This document shows, one piece after another, positions 18,990 through 28,166 of a stretch of 64,000 nt of DNA (position 1 is the stretch's first letter; each line of letters begins with the position of its first letter). The notes beneath the pieces are model-generated. The model did not search any database, was not told the origin of the DNA, and was given only the letters and a program-made list of their open reading frames with translations. The stretch covers positions 2,755 through 66,754 of the forward strand of contig JBEKRC010000002.1 in assembly GCA_049997875.1 (NCBI GenBank), written 5' to 3'. The DNA is from Minisyncoccia bacterium. GTDB lineage: Bacteria > Patescibacteriota > Minisyncoccia > UBA6257 > 2-01-FULL-56-20. Position numbers and translations under genes: made by a program.

Positions 18990-20012
18990 TCACAGAACGA
19001 ATCCTCCCGTGAGCTGATGGTTGAGAATGATGCAGATTCCGGCAAGGGCGATAACCATAACGCCTCCCAGGATCAGATCGGGATGTTGAGTCCGTATCTT
19101 GATAAAAATGTTAAGCGCGAGCGCCAGGACGAAAATGCCCATAAGAGCAAGATAGAGATAATTCACCGTCTGACGGGGATTCGCGAAGGCCTGCTGAACC
19201 GGATTGCTTTCCTCGGCTGGTTTCGGAGCTGCCGCGTTTGCCCCGGACGATGTTTGCGCCGCGGGAGCGACGGCCGCGGGAGCCGTTCCCGTCTCTGAGC
19301 CTTTTATCGCAACGAACGTTTGATTTGTATTCGCTGACATTGCCGTTTCCGACGCGATGACAACCGGTGCCGTTGGGGACGGCACCGGATACGCTGTGGC
19401 ATTCGGCGGCGCTTGAGCGGACGCCACGGCAATCGGCGCGGCGGCAGGGGTTCCAAAAAGCTCTACGACGTATATCGCCGGATTGCCGTCAAGCTCTCCC
19501 TGCGCGGTCGCCATGCCGATTTGAGTGAAATTGCCGTTCAGGATGTTCGCGCGGTGCTCCGGCGAGTTCATCCACGCGTTCGTCACGTCCTCAGAATCCG
19601 AAAAATTGATGGCGAGGTTCTCACCGGCATAGCTGAAATTGTAGCCGACGTTCGCGAACCAATACCACGGCGTTTTGCCGGCGGGACTCGTGTGGGCGAA
19701 GTAATCATTGGCAACCATGTCATTCGCTTTTTCCTGCGCCGCCGCCTGGAGAAGGGGACTCACCTGCAATGCCGGGAGATCATCCGCCGTCCTTTGGCTG
19801 TTCGTCTCGTCCGCCAAGGCGCTTACGAGGATGATGCCGAAAAGGCTGGAGCGCGGCGCGATGAAGGACGTTCCTAAGATGAACGCCAATTCGCCGACGA
19901 GCGCCACAAGGCATGCGAACGCGATGATTTTCCGGCGGAGGATGTGCGGACGGTGATCGTTCCCCTCGTGCGGAATGAAGTGTTTTTTTAACGTTCGCAC
20001 TAATCTATTCAT
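18990..20012 (-). CDS. CAP/SCP/PR1-domain protein with N- and C-terminal TM segments
   Basis: DYFAHTSP...GENLA...WMNSPEHRANIL are the CAP superfamily signatures. It has a Pro/Ala-rich linker and a C-terminal hydrophobic anchor. Confidence 0.7.
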   Translation of the reverse strand: MNRLVRTLKKHFIPHEGNDHRPHILRRKIIAFACLVALVGELAFILGTSFIAPRSSLFGIILVSALADETNSQRTADDLPALQVSPLLQAAAQEKANDMVANDYFAHTSPAGKTPWYWFANVGYNFSYAGENLAINFSDSEDVTNAWMNSPEHRANILNGNFTQIGMATAQGELDGNPAIYVVELFGTPAAAPIAVASAQAPPNATAYPVPSPTAPVVIASETAMSANTNQTFVAIKGSETGTAPAAVAPAAQTSSGANAAAPKPAEESNPVQQAFANPRQTVNYLYLALMGIFVLALALNIFIKIRTQHPDLILGGVMVIALAGICIILNHQLTGGFVL

Positions 20013-20128
20013 GTTTTTATTATACTATACGGATGTCCGTCTGTCCATCGATCGCTCGCCGGCCCCCCCCCAACTTGATATTAGCCAGGCTTCCCTCTAC
20101 AATACTTCATATAAAATATAATCAAATC

Positions 20129-20965
20129 ATGAATAAAAAAGTTGTGGGCGTAGTGGGTTACGGATATGTCGGTAAGGCAGTTTCAAATTTCTTCAAAAAT
20201 CATTACGAAGTGCGGGCATACGATCCATTGGCAAAATCAGCCGACGATCCGTTGATCTCGTTTTCTAATGAAAAAAAGATCCTTGATGGTTGCGACCTGA
20301 TTGTAATTTGCGTACCCACTCCGATGAGAGAGGATGGGACATGCGATACGTCAATGGTTGAAGATTCAATCGCAAGCTTTAATGCTCCATTATTCCTCAT
20401 TAAGAGCACGATCGCCCCGGGCACTACCAAGCGTCTTATTGACTCCAATCCGGATAAAGGCATTGCGTTCAGTCCCGAATACCTCGGCGAGGGAAACTAT
20501 GCGGTTCCTTTTTGGAAAGGATACCCGGATCCCACCGATATGAAGAAGCATACCTTTGTGATTCTCGGTGGCAAGAAAGAGGCCACGCACAAGATCCTTC
20601 AGTTCTTTAAAAGGGTCACAGGGGCAGAAGTGCGTTATTTTCAAACCGACAGCACCACGGCTGAATTGTGCAAATATATGGAAAATGCATTTCTCGCAAC
20701 CAAGGTAACTTTCTGCAATGAGTTCTACGATATCGCCGGCGCATTCGGCGTTGACTACGACGAGCTTCGCGAATTATGGCTTTTGGACGAGAGGATAGGC
20801 AGATCGCACAGTACGGTGTTTGAAAATTCCCGAGGATTCAGCGGAAAGTGCCTCCCCAAAGATGTCAGCGCGATCTTTGAAAGCGCCCTCAAAAAAAACT
20901 ATACTCCGGAATTACTCAAGGCCGTTCTCAAGATCAACAAGAAGCATCAAAACAAAAATTCCTAA
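20129..20965 (+). CDS. UDP-glucose/GDP-mannose dehydrogenase family protein, C-terminally truncated
   Basis: ATG at 20129. VVGVVGYGYVGKAV (Rossmann fold), FSGKCLPKD (catalytic Cys in the central domain), and an end at ...LKINKKHQ. The C-terminal UDP-binding domain of about 100 aa is absent (278 aa, versus about 390-440 expected). Confidence 0.65.
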   Translation: MNKKVVGVVGYGYVGKAVSNFFKNHYEVRAYDPLAKSADDPLISFSNEKKILDGCDLIVICVPTPMREDGTCDTSMVEDSIASFNAPLFLIKSTIAPGTTKRLIDSNPDKGIAFSPEYLGEGNYAVPFWKGYPDPTDMKKHTFVILGGKKEATHKILQFFKRVTGAEVRYFQTDSTTAELCKYMENAFLATKVTFCNEFYDIAGAFGVDYDELRELWLLDERIGRSHSTVFENSRGFSGKCLPKDVSAIFESALKKNYTPELLKAVLKINKKHQNKNS

Positions 20966-20968
20966 CAC

Positions 20969-22075
20969 ATGCCCGCTTTTTTCAAAACGCATATAACCCA
21001 TATCATGCTTGTCGTGGCAGGGATGCTTGTCGGCGCCGTGCTGGTCGCGGGGTTTGTATGGCATCAGCACCCGAAGCCGGAGATCTCTCCGCAGTCCACG
21101 TCTACGGCTGGCGCAGTGGCGACTTCAACTGCGACGACGACCGGGCAAGTGACGAACACCGCAACGGCCGCGAAGACAATAAATATCACCGTCAACGCCA
21201 CGGGCAAGATCGGAAGCGTGAAAGTGTCAACCGGGAAAACGGTATCCGCGGGCGAAGTCCTCTTTACTGTGGATCGCACCGATCTTAATTCGGATCTCGC
21301 AACCGCGAAACAAACCCTTGCAAGCGCACAGGCGAAGCTCGTATCGCTTGAGAAAACCGCTTCCTCAACCGCATCCACAACAAGTTTGAGCGACCAGAAC
21401 GCCCTAAGCGAAGCGCAGAATGCCGTCCGCACCGCGGCACGCAATGCCTACATTGCTGCAAATAATGCGGTAAATAACACGGCTTCAGAACTCATATCGT
21501 CTTCAGGGCTTGATTTTCCCATCCCCGATTCGCAGCTTGCCATCAATCTCGCTTCGCAAATGGCTACGATACAGGGTTTTTTACCGGCATGGGAAAACCA
21601 AGTAATGGCTTCTTCGTTCAATACCGCGACGAATACTCTTGCCATTGCGGCACAAGCTATGTCCAACCTCCAAATAATCACTCCATTTTTGAGTGATCTG
21701 TTTGGCGCGCTCGCGCAGGCAGTCAATCTCTCCTCCTCCGCCATGGCATCGGACAAAACGATGGTCAGTGCCGCGCAGCTCCAGGTAAGCAACGCATTGT
21801 CTGCGGTAACCGCTGCAGAGACAAGCGAGAAAAATGCGAGGGCCGTTATTGCCGCCGATGCAAAACAGCAGCAGTCGGCGCAAAACACTTCTACAACGAG
21901 CGCCATTGCGGCCGAGCAGGCAGCCGTCGCCTCCGCACAGTCCCAAGTGAATTTGATACAGGCCAGCACAACAGAGAGCGTGCAAGCGCCGGTCGGGGGT
22001 ACCGTAGTCAAGATTTCCGTGAAGGTGGGCAGCACGGTCAATCCGCAGACCATCCTCGCCGTCATATCAACATAA
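20969..22075 (+). CDS. HlyD-like adaptor paralog, truncated (TM + lipoyl halves + helical hairpin only)
   Basis: Architecture parallels the N-terminal two-thirds of the 13476..15044 protein. It ends right after the second lipoyl half (VGGTVVKISVKVGSTVNPQTILAVI) and has no beta-barrel or MP domains. Confidence 0.5.
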   Translation: MPAFFKTHITHIMLVVAGMLVGAVLVAGFVWHQHPKPEISPQSTSTAGAVATSTATTTGQVTNTATAAKTINITVNATGKIGSVKVSTGKTVSAGEVLFTVDRTDLNSDLATAKQTLASAQAKLVSLEKTASSTASTTSLSDQNALSEAQNAVRTAARNAYIAANNAVNNTASELISSSGLDFPIPDSQLAINLASQMATIQGFLPAWENQVMASSFNTATNTLAIAAQAMSNLQIITPFLSDLFGALAQAVNLSSSAMASDKTMVSAAQLQVSNALSAVTAAETSEKNARAVIAADAKQQQSAQNTSTTSAIAAEQAAVASAQSQVNLIQASTTESVQAPVGGTVVKISVKVGSTVNPQTILAVIST

Positions 22076-22084
22076 AGCTTTATC

Positions 22085-23023
22085 ATGGATAAAACACTCT
22101 CAATTATCGTTCCCGTCCATAACGAACAGGACGCACTTGTGACGCTCCATGAGGAGATTCAAGCTGCGGTAATTCAGCTGAAGCGCCCATATGAAATAAT
22201 TTATGTTAACGACGGCAGCACCGACCAATCGCTCGCCGTATTAAAGAATCTTAAAGGGGCGACAATAATTGATCTCAATCGCCGTTACGGCCAAGCCACG
22301 GCTCTTGATGCCGGGTTCAAGGCCGCAGAGGGAGATATAATAATTTCACTTGATGGCGATGGGCAGAACGACCCGAAGGAAATCCCATTGCTTCTTGCCG
22401 AGCTTGCCAGGGGCAGTTACGATGTGGTCGCCGGTTGGCGCAAATCGCGCAAGGACAGAAGCTCTATCCGTATTTTGACCCGCATCGGCCGCTGGTTCCG
22501 CAAGCTATTCATCGGGCATATTGTCCACGACTCCGGTTGCACGTTTCGTGTCTACACTCGAAAAGCGGCGAAATCGCTTGATATTCAGGGCGAGATGCAT
22601 CGCTACATCGTAACGCTTCTGAGGTGGAAGGGATATCGCATCGGAGAAGTTGTCGTTACCGATCGTCCGCGTGCCAGCGGTACCAGCAAGTATGGCGCTT
22701 CCAAGGCCTTGCGCGGATTTATCGACCTTGTCTACATTTGGTTCATCTATAAGTATTCTCAGCGGCCGTTACATCTCTTCGGTTACTTGAGCTTCGGCGC
22801 GTTTCTGATCGGTTTCTTATCGCTTCTTTGGACCTTATATGGCAAGCTCGTTTTTGGCTTAAGCCTCAATCGCAACGGATGGTTCTTTATAAGCTTCTTT
22901 TTCTTACTGGCGGGCATCCTTCTTTTTAGCTTCGGCATCATCATAGACCTCCTTATTCGCATTCAACTTACTACCTCGCCGCATGAGAAGCGCTACTACG
23001 TGCGGGAGGTAGTTAAAACATGA
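22085..23023 (+). CDS. GT2 polyprenyl-phosphate glycosyltransferase (Dpm1/ArnC/GtrB-like)
   Basis: SIIVPVHNE...YVNDGSTD...DGDGQND motifs (DXD) and two C-terminal TM helices, as in the Dpm1/ArnC family. Confidence 0.8.
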   Translation: MDKTLSIIVPVHNEQDALVTLHEEIQAAVIQLKRPYEIIYVNDGSTDQSLAVLKNLKGATIIDLNRRYGQATALDAGFKAAEGDIIISLDGDGQNDPKEIPLLLAELARGSYDVVAGWRKSRKDRSSIRILTRIGRWFRKLFIGHIVHDSGCTFRVYTRKAAKSLDIQGEMHRYIVTLLRWKGYRIGEVVVTDRPRASGTSKYGASKALRGFIDLVYIWFIYKYSQRPLHLFGYLSFGAFLIGFLSLLWTLYGKLVFGLSLNRNGWFFISFFFLLAGILLFSFGIIIDLLIRIQLTTSPHEKRYYVREVVKT

Positions 23024-23595
23024 TTGAGAAAATAAAAGAAGATATAACAAATCGAATCTCTTTAATTCAGAGAGGCGATTTTAATATTGACGATGTTCGG
23101 CTGCTATTTATTGATTTAAGAGCCAGTATCGATTCTTTAGAAAAAAATGTAAAATCACCCATAAAGGACTCGCAAATTTATGACATTTTTGATTTTGTCG
23201 CACATCCAAACAGCAGAGAAAAAGGCAAGACCTTCAAGGTGTCGGAGACGGTTGTGGAACAATTTGTAACAAGCATTACGCAGGGAGGTTCGGTAAATAT
23301 CCAGCTTTTAGACTTGAGAATCACGGAGAGCCTCAAATCCATTTTAGAGATGCTTGATATACCTTACAACCAAGGATTGCTCGAGAAGCAAGAAATCGAT
23401 TTACTATCCTACGTTTATCATCTGATAGATGGGGTCGTGCTTAATATCAAGAACAATTATATCGAATCGGCCCAGATAGTCTACGGTCCTGCGGATAACC
23501 ATACCTACATCGAATTTAAAGTGAAGCCATTCAACAACAAAATCGGTGAACAAACCATTTCCGGTAGTCCAACAATGCGTTTCAGGTTACTTTAA
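23020..23595 (+). CDS. hypothetical protein, translationally coupled to the GT2 gene
   Basis: ATGA start/stop overlap at 23020-23023. 191 aa with no recognisable family and lower GC than the flanks. Confidence 0.4.
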   Translation: MIEKIKEDITNRISLIQRGDFNIDDVRLLFIDLRASIDSLEKNVKSPIKDSQIYDIFDFVAHPNSREKGKTFKVSETVVEQFVTSITQGGSVNIQLLDLRITESLKSILEMLDIPYNQGLLEKQEIDLLSYVYHLIDGVVLNIKNNYIESAQIVYGPADNHTYIEFKVKPFNNKIGEQTISGSPTMRFRLL

Positions 23596-23599
23596 TTTT

Positions 23600-24712
23600 A
23601 TGAAGCGGATTCTGGTTCTCAACTACGAATTTCCGCCACTCGGCGGGGGAGCGAGCCCGGTATCGTACGAACTTGCAAAACGTCTCTCGGAAACGGGAGA
23701 TTTTGATATTGATGTCGTGACGATGCGTTATAAAGGGCTGCCCGCATATGAAGAGGTAAATCCGCATATGCGGGTTCATCGCGTGAGATGTTGGCGAAGC
23801 AAAAAAGAAATCTGTCATCCATGGGAACAGGCGACTTATCTTGTTTCAGGCTACTTCAAGTGCAGAGAGTTATTGAGGAAAAATACCTACGACATCTGCC
23901 ACTGCCATTTTATTATCCCGACAGGCGTTCTCGCGTTCCGACTGAAGCAGAAATTCGGCTTGGAGTATGTCATTACCGCGCATGGAAGCGACGTGCCGGG
24001 CTTTAATACCGATAGGTTCAAGTTCCTGCATACGCTTACCGGACCGCCTTTGCGCAAAATTGCGCGTAATGCAAAGACAATCATCTCACCGTCCAATTAT
24101 CTCAAAGGGTTGATAGCGAAGAGCATAGATAAAGACCTTGCCGGTAAAATAATCGTTATTCCTAACGGCATTGATACGGAAAAATTCAAGCCACAAGAGA
24201 AAAAGAATTATATCTTCTCATCGGGCAGGCTCTTACGGCGCAAAGGCTTCCAGTACCTTATTAAAGCTGTCTCTGATGAGAATTTAGGTTGGGAAGTGCA
24301 TATAGCTGGGGATGGACCTATGATGGGGGAGTTAAAGAAATTAGCTGAAAAATCGAAGACGAAGATAGTTTTTCATGGGTGGATAGATAACACCACTGAA
24401 GAATATAAGGATTTACTTGAACAATCAGCTATTTTCGTCCTCGCGTCAAACAAAGAAAGTTTCGGAATGGTAATCGCCGAAGCAATGAGTGCTGGGTGCA
24501 TGGTTATTACGGCTGATGCCGCTGGTTCTTCTGAAACAGTTGGCGAGAGTGGTATTCTTTTTGTATCTCATAGTATCAATGGATTAAAAACTGCCCTCAT
24601 GGTTATCAATGAGCCGTCTAAAATAGAACTTTGGGGCAACTCTGCACGAAAAAGAGCTGTAAAAGTATATGCGTACAATCGAATTATGAATGAATATATT
24701 CATACGCTGTAA
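23600..24712 (+). CDS. GT4-family glycosyltransferase
   Basis: ATG at 23600. ILVLNYEFPPLGGGAS at the N-terminus, and the C-terminal EX7E region (SNKESFGMVIAEAMSAGCMVI). Confidence 0.8.
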   Translation: MKRILVLNYEFPPLGGGASPVSYELAKRLSETGDFDIDVVTMRYKGLPAYEEVNPHMRVHRVRCWRSKKEICHPWEQATYLVSGYFKCRELLRKNTYDICHCHFIIPTGVLAFRLKQKFGLEYVITAHGSDVPGFNTDRFKFLHTLTGPPLRKIARNAKTIISPSNYLKGLIAKSIDKDLAGKIIVIPNGIDTEKFKPQEKKNYIFSSGRLLRRKGFQYLIKAVSDENLGWEVHIAGDGPMMGELKKLAEKSKTKIVFHGWIDNTTEEYKDLLEQSAIFVLASNKESFGMVIAEAMSAGCMVITADAAGSSETVGESGILFVSHSINGLKTALMVINEPSKIELWGNSARKRAVKVYAYNRIMNEYIHTL

Positions 24713-24727
24713 ACATTTGTAGTTAAA

Positions 24728-25750
24728 ATGAAAACAATTCTCCATATAACTAAGGGCAAATACGGAGGTCTCGATTTTATCTCCAAAGATATTTTTGAGT
24801 ATTTAAAACTTCATTTTGAACAAAAGATTTTTTATTTTTACGACGATGGGGATCATATATATAAAGATTTTCAGAAAGAAAAAATCTCAATTGTAGAGTA
24901 TAAAGAGGAAGTGATGTTTGCCAATTTCATAAATCGTTTCAAAGATTTTTATGATGCCGATGTGATACATGTTCATCATACCAAATTTTGGATTTTATTC
25001 TCGCCATTAATTTTCTTCTCGAAGAAAGTTATTTTTTCCTTCCATATGAGTTTCGGTTCAGGAGTTAAAAAAAATGTATTAGAAAAATTTACAATTAGAC
25101 TTATTGTATCCTACTGTACTCTATTTTCCTCTAAATTAATATTTCTAACGGATGGGCAAAAACGAGAGATACTCAAGCACTCTTTTTTTGGTAGACTACT
25201 TGAAAAAAAATCAATTGTAATTCCAAATTTTATTAAACCAGAACATATCTTAAACTTTAAGCATGCCAGCGATTTTACTGTTTTATATGTCGGAAGATAC
25301 ACATTCACCAAAGGTTTTGAAGATTTTCTGAGTTTAGTTAAAAAGACGCCTGAAGTTAATTTTCTTTGTTTAGGAGATTCAGATTTTAAGCCTCACCTGC
25401 CGAACCTTACTAACTATGGAATAGTAGAACATTCAACCATTAATACATATTACGATAAGGCGACCATATTTTTTCTACCCTCTTATACAGAGGCCTTCCC
25501 CCTAACTATTTTGGAAGCGATGGCAAGAGGATTGGTAGTTGTAATATCAGATTTACCGGGAATGAAGGATATTGTAAAAGAAAGGAACGGTTATCTGTTC
25601 GAGACCGGTGATGTTTTAAAAATGAAAGAAATTTTAATGTTTTTAAAAAAGAATCCAACAATGATAAAGAAAATTAGTGAAAATAACTTAAATGATGTAT
25701 CAAAATTTTCTTCAGATTTAATTCTTAAAAGGTATTTGCATGTATACTAA
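24728..25750 (+). CDS. GT4-family glycosyltransferase (AT-rich island)
   Basis: EAFPLTILEAMARGLVVV near the C-terminus is a GT4 signature. About 27% GC. Confidence 0.6.
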   Translation: MKTILHITKGKYGGLDFISKDIFEYLKLHFEQKIFYFYDDGDHIYKDFQKEKISIVEYKEEVMFANFINRFKDFYDADVIHVHHTKFWILFSPLIFFSKKVIFSFHMSFGSGVKKNVLEKFTIRLIVSYCTLFSSKLIFLTDGQKREILKHSFFGRLLEKKSIVIPNFIKPEHILNFKHASDFTVLYVGRYTFTKGFEDFLSLVKKTPEVNFLCLGDSDFKPHLPNLTNYGIVEHSTINTYYDKATIFFLPSYTEAFPLTILEAMARGLVVVISDLPGMKDIVKERNGYLFETGDVLKMKEILMFLKKNPTMIKKISENNLNDVSKFSSDLILKRYLHVY

Positions 25751-26906
25751 TAACTCAAATAAAAAGAAAATCCTTTTTGTCATAAAAACTTTAGAGTTTG
25801 GCGGTGGAGCAGAAAAAGTTCTTATGACAGTGGCTGATAAACTCAGTACCTATCATGATACTTCTATTTTGACATTTCGTGAGACTAATAGGGAATATTC
25901 TACCCAAGTATCAAGACTCAACCTCGGAGAGAAGAATACATCACGCAATTTTTTAGTTAATTTTTTGAAATGTTTTAGTCGAGCAAGAAAGATCAAGAAT
26001 ATATCACAGGATAATAAAATCGATATAGTTATTGCCGCAATGAAAGAGGCAAACTTCCCTTCGCTCCTAAGTAGCCTCATTTTCTTTAATAGAGCACGAA
26101 TTGTTATATGGATTCACAATGATCCCCAAATAGAATATGGTTTTTTTAGCAAGTTAGTTGCTAAAATACTTTATCCATTTGCATCGAACATGGTTTTCCT
26201 TACTAAGGAATCAAGCTTGTTTTTTAAAAATGATTTAAAGACCATAATTATTCCAAATCCGATTCCAATTGATGAAATAAAACGCTTGACAAGTGAACAG
26301 ATAGACAATCCATTCGAAAAGGCTATCCTAGAATCTGGAAATATATTAATGAATGTAGGCCGATTAGTGCCTCAAAAAAATCACTTGCTTTTGCTAGAAA
26401 TCTTTCATAAAGTTTCTGAATTAGATCCTAATACGAAACTTATTATTCTTGGACAAGGACCTTTGAAGAAAGATATTGAAAAGAAGATTAAGCAATTAAA
26501 CTTAGAAGACAGAGTGTTTTTATTTGGTCTAAAGAATAATATTTTTAAATATTTAATCCACGCAAAATTATTTATTTTGACTTCAAGCTTTGAAGGGTTT
26601 TCTAATGTAATACTTGAAGCAATGGCATTAGGGATACCTGTTATCAGTAACGATTGTTCCGCTGGACCTTCAGAAATTTTAGGCAATACAGCAAAACACT
26701 TACACACCGAAGATAAATTTCTTTTAGATCAATTTGGAATTCGAATCCCTAGTGATAATTTTCAAGAATTTGTGAAGGCAATTATTTTCATGCTCACACA
26801 CGCTGATATCATGAAGAAGTATGAGGATCTTTCTCGAACACGAGCCAAAGATTTTGACATTGAGAAAATAATTCCGCAATGGAGAGCCCTCATTGATTTA
26901 ATATAG
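25740..26906 (+). CDS. GT4-family glycosyltransferase (AT-rich island)
   Basis: KILFVIKTLEFGGGAEKV...SSFEGFSNVILEAMALGIPVIS are GT4 motifs. Confidence 0.75.
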   Translation: MYTNNSNKKKILFVIKTLEFGGGAEKVLMTVADKLSTYHDTSILTFRETNREYSTQVSRLNLGEKNTSRNFLVNFLKCFSRARKIKNISQDNKIDIVIAAMKEANFPSLLSSLIFFNRARIVIWIHNDPQIEYGFFSKLVAKILYPFASNMVFLTKESSLFFKNDLKTIIIPNPIPIDEIKRLTSEQIDNPFEKAILESGNILMNVGRLVPQKNHLLLLEIFHKVSELDPNTKLIILGQGPLKKDIEKKIKQLNLEDRVFLFGLKNNIFKYLIHAKLFILTSSFEGFSNVILEAMALGIPVISNDCSAGPSEILGNTAKHLHTEDKFLLDQFGIRIPSDNFQEFVKAIIFMLTHADIMKKYEDLSRTRAKDFDIEKIIPQWRALIDLI

Positions 26907-28158
26907 GTCTGATTTTTCTTCTGAAATACCACTCATATACTATCAATACCGATACATAACCAATTACAGTTGCTATTGCGGCACCATACATCCCAATGTG
27001 CGGAACTAGAAGAAAATCAAGTCCTAAATTCAATACTATTTGCATTATAAGAACAATCTGAGTAAATTGATATTTCTTGAGGGCATTAAAAATTGCAATG
27101 TAAAAGACAGTATAAGTGGCAAATATGCTTGCAATTAATAAAATGTCCAAAATTTGTGGCGCTTGCAAATAACCGTTCTTATAAAATAGCGGAATTAGTT
27201 TGTTTAAAACGATCATAGATAAACCTATAAGCAGAAGAGAAATGAAAAACAAAGTAGGCCGTTTCTTATTAAGATATTTCGAAATGTTTTCGGGATTATT
27301 TATATTTGCGCTGATATGCGTCAAAAAATAAGAATAGATGATATAGGTAGCGGTTATGGTTCCTTTAAAAATTTGATAAGCAAGATTATAGGTTGCGATG
27401 TCGCTGAAAGATGAATATATTCTCAGCGCTAGATTGTCTCCCCAGTTAACAAAAAAAGCTGCTGAGAGGCCAAAAACTTGCCATTTAGTAAAATGATAAA
27501 AAAGGAGAGTGATCTCTTTCTCAAAATGGAGAGGTAAAATCGAACGTCTATCAATGATGAAGAAATATACAACTAACAATAAGAGCGCAGAGAGCATGTA
27601 ACTTATAAAAACAGTTTCAATGTCAAGTACGTGTAATATATATAATCCAAATAAAATTAATATATTAAAAAGATTGAAGATTAATTCAAATAAAGCACTT
27701 GTCTTTTTTTTGTTTATTGCCAAAAAATAAGTAACAATATTTGTTTTTAAGGATAAACCAACAAATGCTAAGAATATATAGATTAAGTTATTTACTCTAA
27801 TTCCAATAAATTCAGCTAATTGATTTTTAAATAGAAAAGATAAGATTGAGAAAATTATTAATGAGCCGATAAAAAAGATTAATTGTGCCGAAAAAGTTTT
27901 GTTAATCTTTCCAGAAGCGAGACGTTCCTCATTCGAATAAATAATAAATGGAGCTTGTGTCGGACTTATCAATAAGGCAATAAAAAATAGGTTTACCATA
28001 AGCGCTAGCGAAAATGATGCAAATTCCCTAGGATCAATAAGCTTCGCTATCAAAAGTGGTAGCAGCAGACCCATTCCTTGTCCGATAACACTTATTAGTG
28101 CAAAGTGAAAAAAATCTCTCAATTCTATTACTTTTTTGAGAGCAAAATTATTTATCAT
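26890..28158 (-). CDS. Wzx-like polysaccharide flippase (MOP superfamily)
   Basis: About 12 TM helices in an MOP/Wzx-like topology. AT-rich. The 3' end overlaps the convergent GT4 gene by 17 nt. Confidence 0.6.
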   Translation of the reverse strand: MINNFALKKVIELRDFFHFALISVIGQGMGLLLPLLIAKLIDPREFASFSLALMVNLFFIALLISPTQAPFIIYSNEERLASGKINKTFSAQLIFFIGSLIIFSILSFLFKNQLAEFIGIRVNNLIYIFLAFVGLSLKTNIVTYFLAINKKKTSALFELIFNLFNILILFGLYILHVLDIETVFISYMLSALLLLVVYFFIIDRRSILPLHFEKEITLLFYHFTKWQVFGLSAAFFVNWGDNLALRIYSSFSDIATYNLAYQIFKGTITATYIIYSYFLTHISANINNPENISKYLNKKRPTLFFISLLLIGLSMIVLNKLIPLFYKNGYLQAPQILDILLIASIFATYTVFYIAIFNALKKYQFTQIVLIMQIVLNLGLDFLLVPHIGMYGAAIATVIGYVSVLIVYEWYFRRKIRPILNQ

Positions 28159-28166
28159 ATTTTTTA

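Noticed and set aside
21448-22086. 212-aa minus-strand ORF antisense to the HlyD-like paralog
   Set aside because: Shadow ORF with a Cys/Ala-rich translation of the antisense strand. No start context.
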